Shown piece by piece: positions 11,330-24,239 of a DNA stretch of 64,000 bases. The stretch's first letter is position 1. Each line of letters starts with the position of its first letter. Both the position numbers and the translations under genes were made by a program. The notes below the pieces were generated by a model. The model was given only the letters and a program-made list of their open reading frames with translations, made no database searches and was not told the origin of the DNA. The stretch covers positions 52,452,001 through 52,516,000 of the forward strand of contig NC_091472.1 in assembly GCF_036971445.1 (NCBI RefSeq). The letters are read 5' to 3'. The DNA is from Narcine bancroftii. Lineage: Eukaryota.

Positions 11330-11347
11330 ATCACGTCGGGGTCACCA
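11330..11347 (-). other. Primer-binding site complementary to tRNA-Trp
   Basis: TGGTGACCCCGACGTGAT, 3 nt after the 5' LTR. This is the 18-mer PBS known from avian leukosis/sarcoma viruses. Confidence 0.92.
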
Positions 11348-11350
11348 AAT

Positions 11351-12139
11351 TGTTGGACTCTGGCTTTAATTTATTTACTCTTAATTTAGTCTATGTGTGA
11401 GCTGAGTCCAGCGCGTTCGTTGAATGAAGTGATAGGAGAAGGTATTCGGTTCAACAGTCAGTTTATTACACCACACAGCACAGCACAGCACAAGAATAAA
11501 ACTTAACAGAGCTCTGGGTCAGTCTGTTAGTTCATAGGTCACCTGCCAGTGAGCTACTCCCCGAGACTGACCCCTATTGTCCAGTTGGCACAGTTTATAT
11601 AGGTCAATCTTATCACACAGAACAAAAGTTGTTTTCCCTGCTAGATCTTTTTGCATAAGGGTTATCACAAGTCATCTCCTGTTTTGCAGATTTCTGGGGT
11701 GTAGCCTTCCCATGTTAATCCTCCAGGCCAGACTATCCTGTTGTTTAGATCTGAAATTAATTCATCCCCAGATATTTCTAATCACCATTTGGTCCCTGTC
11801 TGGCCAATTTCTGCTGTTCTCTTTAACACCTCCTCGTGCCTTAATCTTCCTCCTAGACTGGTTTTCCATTCCCTTTGATTCTTGCGGGCCATTCTTTGTT
11901 CTGATCTGGCCTGTGTCTCCTGTGCTACTTCCCACCTCCTTCAGTTGAGCATTCCTCCTAAATCGTTTTATGCATATCCTCTCCCTGTATCTTGGGAGCG
12001 GCCAATTTCTGTTCAGCCAACTTTGCTCCATGCTGTGACAGCCACTTAGCCACATTCCTCTTTCCCTGACTCATGCAGTACAAATAAACTTATTGATTAA
12101 TCATTTATTTCATAATGTTTTAACCCCTAGATTCCAAAA
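11351..12139 (-). repeat. ERV-A 5' LTR
   Basis: Same sequence as 3585-4373, with identical ORF translations. The only difference I see is at 12138 (ccaaaa instead of ccaaca). Confidence 0.97.
11594..11601 (-). promoter_or_regulatory. TATA box of ERV-A 5' LTR
   Basis: TATATAAA on minus, with AATAAA ~130 nt downstream (11462-11467), defining a plausible U3/R/U5 layout. Confidence 0.65.
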
Positions 12140-14299
12140 AATGTCATCTGCAAATCTCTTCCTCTGGCAGAAGCAGATTATTTTCATCTCAGCATTGATC
12201 AATTCTTTAACTGTGAGATGTCCCTTTTTTTGAGTCTCAAGATCACCTGTCTTTTTTATGTTAGATTTCCTTGATGGATGTTATCCAATGGAAACAGGGT
12301 CTTCTGGTAATGTTTCTTTAAATTTATCAGGATTTTGAGGCCACTCCTATTGAGGCTGTAGAAGAAGTCAAGGCCCTGACACCTACATTTCATTGGTCAG
12401 AAAAGACTTGGATTTCAAACCTCGGGAAGCCAGATTGGAAGGATTGTTAACTGTGTTAACATACCTCCATTGTATTGGTTGTGAGACTTTATCAATTTTT
12501 CAGTGATTTTGTTAGCCACAAAAGCTTGAAACCTTCTGGTCTTATTGTTGATATACTTGAGCACAGAGGTGCTATCAGTCAAAAATACGGAGACTGTGAG
12601 ACTGTTAGTTTAATCTCCAAATCTCCTTTCAACATTGTGTCCATTCTACACAGCTGTCAACTCCATTCTTGGGGTAGTGACTGGTTTAAATGGAGCCACT
12701 TTGGCCTTTCCCATTGAAAATCCACAAGGATTGTTGTTATTCAATAACAAGAAACTAATTGTTCCATAACCATCTTCACATTCATCAGCAAAATGATACA
12801 ATTGAGTAGATGTAACAGTTCTGAAAAATGTGGGTTTGAAGCATCTGTCAATCTTGAAGTCTTCCAGCTTATGAAGATTCTGTATTCAACATGTCCATTT
12901 TTGTATAATGGATTCTGGTATCTCATCATCTCAACCAATCCTCTTCCTACACAAATCTTGAAGGATCTACTTGGCAGTCAGGACAACTGGCGCAAATATC
13001 CGTAGAGGATCATATATCAAACAGTTGATAGAATTCCCCTTCTCGTGGGAAGTCAGTGATTTTGAACTTAAAAATGTAACCCTGAACACACCATTGTACT
13101 CTCATCATCCTCTCCACAGGAAGGTGATCATGGTCTAAGTTTAAATTCCTCATTTATTTTGCTGAATGTTTTGCTAAATGAAAGATACTTCTCTTTCAGC
13201 TGTGGCACCCAATACCTGGCGACTGTTGCCTGTCTATTTGGTCAATAAAAAAACCTCTTTTGTTGCAGATCACATTTAAGTCACATAAAGCACTATTGCT
13301 TCCTTTACTGTAACTGCAGAAGTGAGACAGTTTTCCACATAGAAGTTATTCCTGATGGTGCTTATAGCTTGAGAGCTAAATTGCTCCATAGTGTCCTCAG
13401 CCCACTACGAAGGGCCACATTCGAACAACTTGATGATGAATTCTCTCCAAATAGATGCCCTGTCATTCTGTATTCTACTATGTTCTGATCGTAATCTCCA
13501 TCAGGCCACCAAAGGAATTATGATAAATCATGGTCATCATTCGGTACTTTCACCCGATGGAACATTGCTTCAATGTCTGCAGTGATTACAACAAGTTCTT
13601 CATGAAATCTAGTTGAAACTCCTATCAACCTACTGGTCAAATCAAGGCCCTGTAAGAGTTGAGAATTCAGTAAAACCCCCTGAAAGCTTGCTCCAAAATC
13701 AAACACCACACAAAGCTTTTTTTTCTTTTATGGATGTAAAACCCAATGGTGTGGTAAGTATCATTTTTTTTGCCATCACTTCATTCCAAAATATAATCTG
13801 GTACTTTTTCTGCATATCCTTTGCATATCATATCACACAAGCATTAGGTGTATAAAAGGAAGAATCTTTCTTGAAGCTTCTCATTAAATTCTGTGTACAT
13901 TGCTTGATAACACTTCTATCATACCCATTTCCCTTTTCTTCAAAGGAAATCCAATGCAATAATGATCATTAACCAGCTTGGCAGATATTGATACCAATTC
14001 CAAAAACTGCTGGTCTTCCTTTGAAGGTTCTTTGTCATCTCTGAGGCTCTCAGAAAAGGCATTCTTGAACTGCTGCTCCCACAGCTTATCAAGCTTAGCA
14101 ATCAATATCTAGTTAACACTTATAGCTGACTGATTTTTAACCTCTTCTTTCTCCTAATGGTCTATTAATCATCCAGCCAAGCATACTTTTGACTGTGTAA
14201 GATCCATCTCCCACACTCTTTATCATATCTAGTGGTTCCAAAGACTTTTGTACATCTGAACCAATCAACAACTCAATCTCAGAGAAGATTTCGCATAAC

Positions 14300-14990
14300 T
14301 ATATAACCATTACAGTACAGAAACAAACCATCTCTGATCTCCTCTAGTCCTACCTACCTGCTCCCTGTCCATAAACCTCCAATCCCCTCACATCCATATA
14401 CTCATCCAACCTTCTCTTAAATGACAGAATTGATCCTGCTACAATCACCTCTTCCGGAAGTTCATTCAACTATGCCACCACTCTCTGAGTGAAGAAACTC
14501 TCTCTCATGTGACTTCTAAACTTTTTCCCCCTAACCCTTAACTTATGACCCCTCATTCAAATCTCACCTACCCTCAAGGGAAAGAACCTATTCACATCTA
14601 CTCTATCTATCCCCCTCATAATTTCAAATACCTCTATCAAATCCCGCCTCCACCATCTACACTCCAATGAATAAATACCCAGTCTACTCAATCTTTCTTT
14701 GTATTCTAGATACCGCAATCCAGGCAACATTTTACTAAATCTCTGCACCCTCTCCACCTTACTGATATCCTTCCTATAATTTGGGGACCAGAACTGCACA
14801 CAGTATTCCAAATTTGGCCTCACTAATGCCTTGAACAGTCTCAACATCACATCCCAGCTCCTATATTCTATGCTTTAATTTATAAAGGCCAGCATACCAA
14901 AAGCCTTGTTTACCACCCTATCTGCATGAGAATCCATTTTCAAAGAATGATAAATGGTTATTCCAAGAACATTTTTCAAATGCATCCTCT
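14300..14990 (-). mobile_element. CR1 LINE 3' fragment inserted in BEL element
   Basis: LFKALVRPNLEYCVQFWSP..KDISKVERVQR (CR1 ORF2 C-terminus) plus 3' tail. Confidence 0.85.
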
Positions 14991-16862
14991 GTTCCATATC
15001 ATTTTGAAGTGGGATTTTTCCTTGTGCTCAGGAATAGTCTTCTGAGTGTATATGCCTGAGAGTTCACAAAAATCATTACTATTCAGTCCAATGATCTCTA
15101 ACCCTGAAAACAAGTTTAGTTTCGATGTGTTTAACTTGACCTCAGTAGAATTTTTGAACTTCTTCCTTGAAGATTAAGCTTATTAATTAGCCCCATAGTG
15201 CAAAATGATGCAGTGCTTCCTGAGACAAGAAATGCATTATTACACTTCCTTTCTTGGCCTTGACCTGCATAGTTACCATCAAACGTTTGCAGTTATTTTC
15301 TCTGGCCCAAGTCAAACTATTTGTCAATATTGAGGTTTCGGCACTGTTTTCATCTTCTTCCTTTATTGTTGTTTGTTCCTTTTCCATATTCTCTTCCTGG
15401 AAGATGTGTAACATTTTGGGATGCTTTTGACTACACATGTCACAGCTGAGTTTTTTTTTACAATTTGTGCTAGCATGACCTTCAGCTATCAGATAGTCAA
15501 AACATACTCCATTTTCCTTCATAAAAGTGATTTTCTCACTATGTACCTTCTTTTTAATCAGTGCACATTTTTCCAAATTATGCTTATCATACAGAACAAA
15601 CATTTCTTCACAACAGGTAAACTTTCATTTTTGTTAATTTCTTTATTCACCACTGCCAGAGAGGTGGCAACTGTACTGAATTAAAAATTTTGGTTGAAGA
15701 TATGATTTGGACCTCTCAGCTTCTTCACTACTGTTTGAGTGTCTTTGATTTTTCCAGACACTGGATCTGTGACAAGGTCCACTTGGTCTTCAATGAACTC
15801 CACCAAATCCTTAAAAGTAGATATTTCATCACATTTTTCCAGGTATTCAACAACTTGACTTCTCTCATCCAGAAGAGTCATTTATTTACAATAATTAGCA
15901 TATTAGTAAATATGTTAAGAACTTGAAGATGGCCAACCTCCATCATGATTTTGCAACATCCTCTTAGAAAGAGAGCATAAGGTTACGTCATCCACTTATT
16001 GATACCTTCTGTACATAAGCTGTTGAAATTTTTATGCTTATTGCCAAAATATTTTTTAGTAAAAACTTACCCTTTTGGTATCCTTCTTTTGGAGCCAGAT
16101 CTTTGAAAGATCTTGTGGTTGTCCAGGAGTGAACTGCTGCAAATAATATAAACTATCTTCTGAGCTTTGACACTTAGTATCAATACTACAAGCAAACCTT
16201 TTCTTAAATACTTGCAGTTTGAAGTGGGTCACTGTCAAAAACTGGAATCTTTCTCTTGGGCAGAGAAGAGAGAGTCTGTAACTGAATTAATGATTCAGCA
16301 AATTCATCTTGCCTTCCCATGCTTGGGAAATAGTTACTTTATTCACCCAGATTTCTATTAGCTGCTGGGACCAGGCGGTATTCTGTTTCATCAGATGGCT
16401 CACATCTCTGTACAATAAGGTCAATATTGGGGTTTGAGATTTGGCACCATGCATTAACCTGTCTAGTTTAGGACCAAACAGGTCTTACAACTGTAGCGCT
16501 TGCTCAGCACCATGCCTTAAACTGTCTAATTCAGGACCAAACACTTGTTTCCCGGCAATGGCTGCTATATTATCCATTCAGCCAATCGTGACCCTCAGAT
16601 ATCAATCATCCACAACAATAACTCCAAAGCCAAAACTATACTCAATGACAAGCAGCAGTTTCTCCAAATAAACACAAAGAAGGAATCCTTTAGTAAGGCT
16701 TACCACTTCTTCATGCTGCTGATATCTGTGCTTCTTTCTTCAAAATGCTCTAAACAGAGCTCAATCAATCCAGTTCGAATTCCAAATCCAATTTCCAACT
16801 TTCTTTTGTCTTAATTCCATCTTTTATTGAATAAAAAGTCAATTGTTCTTTTATTGACTAAA

Positions 16863-17250
16863 TGTCACGTCTATTTTCCTTAATAGTCATGTGGAGAGAT
16901 TGAAATGTCATTGTTGTTTATGACACGTTCAAACTAATCTATACTAAAGTTGAGTTTCCATGATTTATCAGTTACTACATTGTTACAAGCCATTAAAAAC
17001 TTTGTTATACAGAACTAAAATTATGATTAAATGATGCTTTAAAAAGTCAATAAATGTTTTCAGACCTTTCCAAGTTTCCCCCTTCTTCACAGAACAGATG
17101 AAATTCAAAACTGGCCATTTATCTTAAACATGTAGAGAGAGAGAGAGACCTTGATGAAGATGTTTTTTATGGAGGCATTCAAAGAATGTAAACAACATCT
17201 ACAAAGACTGCTTGCAGAATCTGCTTGTAACTTGCATTTTAACCTTTACA
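16863..17250 (-). repeat. BEL/Pao 5' LTR
   Basis: tgtcacgtctattttcctt...aacctttaca, a direct repeat of 2872-3277. Confidence 0.75.
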
Positions 17251-17841
17251 TCTTCCTTCCAGCAAATCACTTGCTGGAATGGACCTCAGCTTGTGGTTTT
17301 CAAGAGTCTTTTGTGTCTGACAGCAGATAACATTGCACACCCCTCAGAAATGGTTGGATGTGATCATATTCACAATGGTGGACATTTTGGCCTCAGAGAG
17401 AAAGCCAACAAATAGTTTTGGAGGAATTTTGTGGAGATTACATTGTTGAAACCTTCAGCACTTTGCTGCACTTTATGTCGATTGCCCATGTCCCCAAAGT
17501 AGAAAGGAAGTCAACAGTAAATGTTTTTTGGTAGATAATGAACTTTGTGTTGGCGCTGAGTTCTTATTCCTCAATGTCTGACTTTGCTGTAATATGAAGT
17601 CCCACATTTTCTATGATTTTAAACTTTTAAAATTACTTCTGTAAATTTGTAAACTGGAAAAAATTATGCACGGAAAACTGATAGTGGATGAGTTGAACTT
17701 GACCACAAAGAATAAACAGGAACCAATTCGCCATTGTCTGTTCATGATGAGTCTTTTGCTTGGCTTCTTTAACCTTGCTTGTTAAGATCATCATTGCACT
17801 AACTTCAGTGGGTCGTCTTAAGCTTTTACTTTGGTCGTTTG

Positions 17842-18023
17842 TGTGGTGGTAAGTAATTACACCACTAGGTCACCAGGGGTCATCCCGGTGACCTTGTATA
17901 TAAAGCAGTCCAGAACTACAGTCTGGCCTTCTGGGTTCATCTTGCAGAGAGACAAGACCTCTTAGTGTACATATTAGTTTATTAAATTATACTCGCACTG
18001 CTGGTGTGGTTATTGTCAGTACA
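17842..18023 (+). mobile_element. Solo LTR (182 bp)
   Basis: TG...CA ends, TATATAAA and ATTAAA inside, perfect 5-bp TSD gtttg at 17837-17841 and 18024-18028. Confidence 0.8.
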
Positions 18024-19337
18024 GTTTGAACACATTATTGTCTTCATTTTCTATCATTGGTTCTCCCAGTTTTCTTCCAATGTATTTTTGTTGGTTTCAT
18101 ATCTAATAATAATTATAATTTGTTACTGTTCAATTCTGTATGCACAGTCGACTTGACCAAAAGATCAAAAAATACTGAAAGCTTAAATTGATATTATGAT
18201 GCAATTGGATGTCATTTGTTTAACAAATTAATGCTATATGTCAATTGTATTAATGCAAATAAGCACAGAATACAACTTCCATTTTTAATTTGAGAGTGAA
18301 ATAACTGGTATTCAAAAAGTGTAACCAATGGTGCTTTGAATAAGGTTGCATTGCTCAATTGTATTTGTGGTCTATGGGCACACTATATATTTAAGCATTG
18401 ATTTCTGTCCATTCATTCCTCTCAAAAGATCCCTTCCATTTTCTGAAGAATTGTTCTGTTTAAGTAGAAAGATAGAAATAGAAACTAACACAGGTTATTG
18501 ATTTTAAAGTATTTTCCTTTAATAAATGTTAAGTCAATACTACTTTGTGCTGTGCCAATACAACTTGCAACTATGGTAAGTTTATAGATATTGGTACGGT
18601 ATTTTTTTATTTTTCAGTTGTGAAATGGGGATGGTTGTTTAAATGTTATAAAGATGTTTTTTTTTGCCTTAATGGACATTTCCACCACACTTAACCACAC
18701 TAACCATTTCACTGGTGCTGAACATATGTCTAAAAACCCTTATAAAAGGAGAGTGATGTGTGGCTAAGGTAACTAAATACATTTGTTTTCTACTTCTCCT
18801 GTGTAGTGAATATGTAATGAATGCAAGGTAGTTTGATACAGAATAAAACCAAGATTACCAAGTTCATCAGTCAAATCATTTTAACAGTAATTATATTTAA
18901 ATTTAGTCTAATTTTATGAAATCAAAGAAGGTAGATCCACTTCAGAGACTAAAAGAGACTTAGTTATATAAGTCTGTAAAGCACAGTTGTGGATGATATA
19001 CTATTCACTTTATACATTCACAGATAACCACGCAAGATTTGACTTCAAGCTGCCGGACAATAAGCAGCCTCTGAGAGCCATAGCTCAGGATTCAAGAGCT
19101 TAAACAACCTTCAATATAGATTTTCACTTGTTCTTCCTCATTCATTGTCTCTATTTTGTGAATTTATATTGGCATTTACTGCACAGAAAAGTTGTTGGTT
19201 GAGGCCAGAAAAGTCTGTGTTTGGGGAAAGAAATTTGGCACATCTTGTGGTTCAAATTCAAGTTTAAATTTATTATCTGATCCATCAAGTACAACATGAT
19301 GAAACAGTGTGCTCTAGTCCTCGATGCAATATCATGC

Positions 19338-19503
19338 NNNNNNNNNNNNNNNNNNNNNNNNNNNNNNNNNNNNNNNNNNNNNNNNNNNNNNNNNNNNNNN
19401 NNNNNNNNNNNNNNNNNNNNNNNNNNNNNNNNNNNNNNNNNNNNNNNNNNNNNNNNNNNNNNNNNNNNNNNNNNNNNNNNNNNNNNNNNNNNNNNNNNNN
19501 NNN
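19338..19503. other. Assembly gap
   Basis: Run of N. Confidence 1.
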
Positions 19504-20214
19504 TTTGCACATCTCTCTGATCTTAGAATGAAATGAAAAGCCTGTACCCATATTGTGAACCTTACACAAAATGTATCTACTTGCACTGAATAAACTTAGA
19601 GTTGTCTTCATGTGAATGTGAATCATTAAATACCTATTGACTCATCCTTCACTTACCAGTACATTGTCAGTATCCTACAATACATTGGTGATAAATGTTG
19701 CTGGAGTAACAGGTATTAACTGAAATTCATTTTACATATTCATTTATTGCTAATTCCCTTTCAGAAAGAATGGGATTACTTCTTTGCACGACACAGACCT
19801 ACCTCTGAAAATTAGCTGAGGCCAGCACCCCACAGAGAAAACTTGCTTCTGGAGGCCTTTCTGATAAAGTCTCACTTATTCCAGATTGTGAGAATGCCAT
19901 GAAAACCCCAAACTCCTTTGAGTATGGATATTCAGAGCCATGGAGGTGTCAATGTGATTGTCTGCTGTGGGGCAGGGGATCAGTACAGCATTAAAAAATT
20001 GGATGACTTTTGTGACTGAAAGAAGTTCTGGAATGAGTGATTTGTTTTTAAGTGTTAAAGCAGAGATAGCCACTTTTTATATTCTGTTGCAGTTTGCTTG
20101 ATGCTCCAGTGATCAAGAGCTAAACTGGAACAAGACATACACTTTCCCCCATTCTTAACATAATGCTACATTTAAAAAAAAGGTTCTTATTTGTCCAATT
20201 AATGCAACAAGATA

Positions 20215-21070
20215 TTTTATTTTTTTAAATTTTCTTTCATTTTTTTCTTAATCAAATTAATACAAATATTTTAAAGAGAGAAATAGTACATATATTGTTT
20301 AGATATTAATTATATAACTTTTATATAATGTAATACAGAATATGAGCATATATAAATTGGCATATAATTCTCAAAAAAAGTGCAAAATTCTTATGAAAAT
20401 TGCACCTCAGATTCTCTTATTGAAATATACCTTGTGATTATCCAAAAAAGACCAATCTCCTCTAGTTATATTTAAAAAAATAAGAAGAAAAGAAAAAAAA
20501 ACTAATCTACCCCCTCCCATTAAACACGGTCACCTGCAATTAAATTGTAAAGAATCGAATATCGGCACTCGGACATCAGATAGAAAACCCCCCAGAGCAC
20601 CCCTGCCTAAGTAATCAAATAATGATAATGGTCCATGAATGGGCCCCATATCTTGTCAAATTTAACCTTGATTTCTTTAAAATTAGATCTAATTTTCTCC
20701 AAACTCAAGCAAGTCTTAACATTCTGTAACCATCGCATACAAGTTGGTGCTCTGTTGCCTTTCCATCTTATCAAAATTGCTCATCTGGCCACCAATGAAA
20801 TAAAAGCTACTGTTCTTTTTTGAGTTGAATTCAAGGAAATCCTCTCGTCGAGAGAATAACCAAACAAAGCAATAAAAGGACACAGTTCTAATTTAATCCT
20901 AAGAATCAGTGATAGAGTTTTACAGAATTGTTCTCAATATTCTTGTAGGGTCAACATCAAGATAAAAACAAGATCATCTAAATTTGGACATATGTTTTCT
21001 ATGTACAACATTAAATTGTACTAAACAAGACTTTTTTTTTGTCATTGGTTTCAGTATTCTACCAAATGTC
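20215..21070 (-). mobile_element. L1/Tx1-type LINE 3' end
   Basis: Minus strand encodes AFISLVAR..IL.RWK..LSLEKIRS..KFDKIWGPF (L1 ORF2 tail), followed by a T-rich 3' UTR and A-rich tail. Confidence 0.7.
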
Positions 21071-21269
21071 TCCTCATCAAAGACAACGGTAATTGTGTAT
21101 TTGGCCAAACTTTCAGGAAGCAGATAATTGAGCCCCTTTCTAGCTGCAGGCTACTCATCCCCAGTGTTTTGTTTTTTCTTTTGCTGACTTGATTCTAATG
21201 GATTCTAAACTAATACATGGATACCAAAAATTGAAACACTACCATGATAAGTAGTCACCAAAACATATT

Positions 21270-21800
21270 TTATTCACTTCAAACCCATTGAGTCCCACAG
21301 TTACCTTGGGCACACCTTTTCCCACCCTGTCTCCTGTAAGGATCTCATACCTTTCTCCCAGTGTCTCTGTCTGCTGCATCTGCTCTCAATACGAGGTCTT
21401 CCATTCTAAAATGTTCTCCTATCCAGTGAATGTGGCTTTCCCTCCACTGTGGTCAGCAGGCAATAATCCTGCCTTGCCTCCATTTCACGCCATCAAAACA
21501 GAAGAGGGATAGGGATGCCCTTTAAGCCCACTAGCTTCTGCATTTGGCAGATTGTCTTTCATCATTCTGGCCAGTTGCAACTTGACCCCACCCTTGCCCT
21601 CCCCTTTCCAGCTTCAGCAGGGATTGTTCCCACTGTGACTCACTTTTCATTCATCCCTCCCAAAGCACCTTTCTGAGATCTCTGTTACACTCCTACAATT
21701 CTGAGGTACATTTTTTGTCCTTACACCTGCTCACTTGTTATTATTCAGGGATCTAAACAACTCTTCCAGAATAAGGCAATGATGCTCATGTTCCCCCTCC
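21270..21800 (+). mobile_element. Penelope-like element fragment
   Basis: Decayed SHPVSCKD.IPFSQ.L.L..ICSQ.E.FHS motif typical of Penelope RT/linker. Confidence 0.65.
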
Positions 21801-21804
21801 AAGG

Positions 21805-23960
21805 TAGAACACTATAGTGCAGGAAATAGGCCATTCAGGACTTCTAGTCTGTTCTGAACCATCACTCTGCTAATCCCACTGACCTGCACACATTCCATAA
21901 CCCTCTAGGCCACTTCCATCCATGTATCTATCCAATTTATTCTTAAATTGTCTATACCCATCATAATTTTGTAAACCTCCATCAAATCTCCCCTCATTCT
22001 TCTTCACTCTAAGGAGTAGAGTCCTAACCTGTTTAATCCTTCCCTGTTACTCAACTCCTGAAGATTGGCAACATCCTAGTAAATCTTCTCTGCACTCTGT
22101 CAATCTTACTGATATTTTCTTGCAGTTTGGTGACCAGAACTGCACACAATCTCCATATTTGGCCTTACCAATGTTTTATACAACCTCAACATAACATCCC
22201 AACTCCTGTACTGAATACTTTGATTTATGAAGGCAAAGATTCCAAAAGCTTTGCTTACAACCCTGTCTACATGTGATGCCAATTTCAAGGAATTCTGCGT
22301 CTGTATTCGCAGATCCTTTTATTCCTCAGCACTCCTCAGTGTCCTAATATTTACTGTGTACGCCCTATCTTGGTTTGTCCTTTCAAAATACAACACTTCT
22401 CACTTATCTGCATTAAATTCCATCTGCCATTTTCTGTCCCCTTTTTCCAGTTGCTCCAGATCTCTCTGTAAGCTTTGAAAGCCTTCCTCAATCTTAGTGT
22501 GGTGATCCAAATTGCCACATTATCATCCAGATCATTGATATAGACAACAAACAACAATGGTCCCAGCACCGATCCCTGAGGCACCCCACTAATCACAGGC
22601 CTCCACTCTACTACCACTCTCTGTCTTCTCCCATTCAGCCAATTCTTAACCAGTTTAAAACTTCTTCATGGATGCCTGGTGTTTGAACCTTCTGAACTAT
22701 CCTCCCATGTGGGCCTTACTAAACTCCATGTAGATAACATCCACAGTCTTTCCTTTATCTACCTTCTTGGTAACCTCCTCAAAAAATTCGAAGATCCATT
22801 AATCTTGATCTACCATGCACAAAGTCATACTGACTATCCTTAATCAGCCCTTGGCTGTCCAAATATTTGTATATCCGATCTCTCAGAACACTTCCAATAA
22901 TTTTCCCACCACTGACGTCAGGCTCACTGGCCTGTAATTTCCTGGTTTAATTTTGGAGCCTTTTTTAAACAACAGAACAACATGAGCTACCCTCAAAATC
23001 CTCCGGCACCTCACCCATGTCTAAGGACATTTTAAATATATCTGCCAGTGTCTCTAGTCTCTAGTCATTAGCCTCCCTCAAGATCCAAGAAATATCACGT
23101 TTGGAAGTCCCAGTGAGTATGTAGAAAGTTAAAAATCTCCTACTATCTCAATTTTCTGTTTCTTGCATCATTCTGCTATTTCTCTATAGATTTACTCCTC
23201 CAATTCTCTCAGACTATTGGGCAGCTTATAATACAACTCTATCAGTGTGGTCACACTTCTCCTGTTCCTCAGCTCCACCCATATGGCCTCTGTAGATGAC
23301 CCCTCTGGGCTAAGCACCGCTGGGATTCTTGATCACTCTCACAGAACCTCTTATCTGTCCCCCTAACTATCGAATCCCCTATCAATACTGCAGTCTTGTT
23401 TTCCTTTCTTCCCTTCTGAGTTGAGGGTTCAGTCTCAGTGCCAGAGATGTGACCACCACAACTTGTCCTTGGTAAGTTGTTCCCACCAACAGTATCCAAA
23501 ACAGTATACTTATTGTTGAACACAGGGGTGTTCCAAACTCTCTGTCTATCCCCCTTCCTTCTCCTGACAGTCACCTGTGTCCTGACCTTTGGGGTCAACT
23601 GTCTCCTTGAAACTTCTCTCTATCACTACCTCTGCCTCCTGAATGATCCAGAGTTCATCCATCTCCAGCTCCAGTTCCCTAACTCGGTTTTTCAGGAGCT
23701 GCAGCTGGATACACCTTCTGTAGGTGTGGTCATCAGGGACAATTATGCTGTTCCAGATTTCCTGCATCCTGAAAATGGAGCAATCCACTACCCTAGTTGA
23801 CTCCATTACTCCTAATTTAATTAAAGGACTAAACTTCCTCACCTGGCTTTACCTCTCTGGAAGCAAGCTCTTCCTCACCTCTGCTCTCTAAAGTCTCTCA
23901 AGCCTGAACCTCAAAGCTCCGCTTCTACCCTGAGCCACTCACACACTGACTGCTCCTCCC
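21805..23960 (-). mobile_element. CR1 LINE, internally deleted (ORF1 with GDS esterase-like motif + ORF2 pieces)
   Basis: VLIGDSIVRG and QLQLLKNRVRELELEMDEL (ORF1); [22 protein letters not shown] and LYKTLVRPNME (ORF2). Confidence 0.88.
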
Positions 23961-24239
23961 TGGCCACTCCTCTTAAGCTCCCCTTCTTTTTATTGTATCC
24001 TTTCATTTCATCTTCTACTGTATTTGGTGCACCCAATATGACCTCCTTTATAAGTGGAAACTTGGGGACTGTTTCACAGATTTCTCTCCAAAACCAGTAT
24101 ATTTTCAAATAAGGAGACCAGAATTGTTTCCTTAATGATAGCTACAAGTATTTAACTGACCTCAGCTATTAAGTAATTGTCCTCTATAGTTACCTGCCTT
24201 CTGTTTACATCTTTATTTTTCAAACAGTGGAGTGACATT

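Larger units (their letters stand above)
3585..12139 (-). mobile_element. ERV-A: young, internally deleted class I (gamma/epsilon-like, ZFERV/SSSV-type organisation) endogenous retrovirus
   Basis: Two 789-bp LTRs offset by 7766 bp. 4-bp TSD aatg at 3581-3584 and 12140-12143. PBS, PPT and gag-pro-pol-env order are present. Confidence 0.97.
2872..17250 (-). mobile_element. Old BEL/Pao LTR retrotransposon, interrupted by ERV-A and a CR1 fragment
   Basis: Diverged direct repeats at ~2872-3277 and ~16863-17250. Purine tract (taggggGCAGTAT on minus) precedes the 3' LTR. Broken ORFs: GKIVDINQDKRGLVCQVRIKTK..RPITKISLL (BEL integrase tail, 3365-3562), ADIEAMFHRVKVP (BEL RT, 13518-13709), Cys/His knuckles (15187-15603). 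Confidence 0.85.

Noticed and set aside
11330-11347. tRNA gene
   Set aside because: Only the 18-nt complement of a tRNA 3' end including CCA, i.e. a PBS, with no cloverleaf.
19151-19626. ORFs spanning the N run
   Set aside because: Artefacts of the assembly gap.
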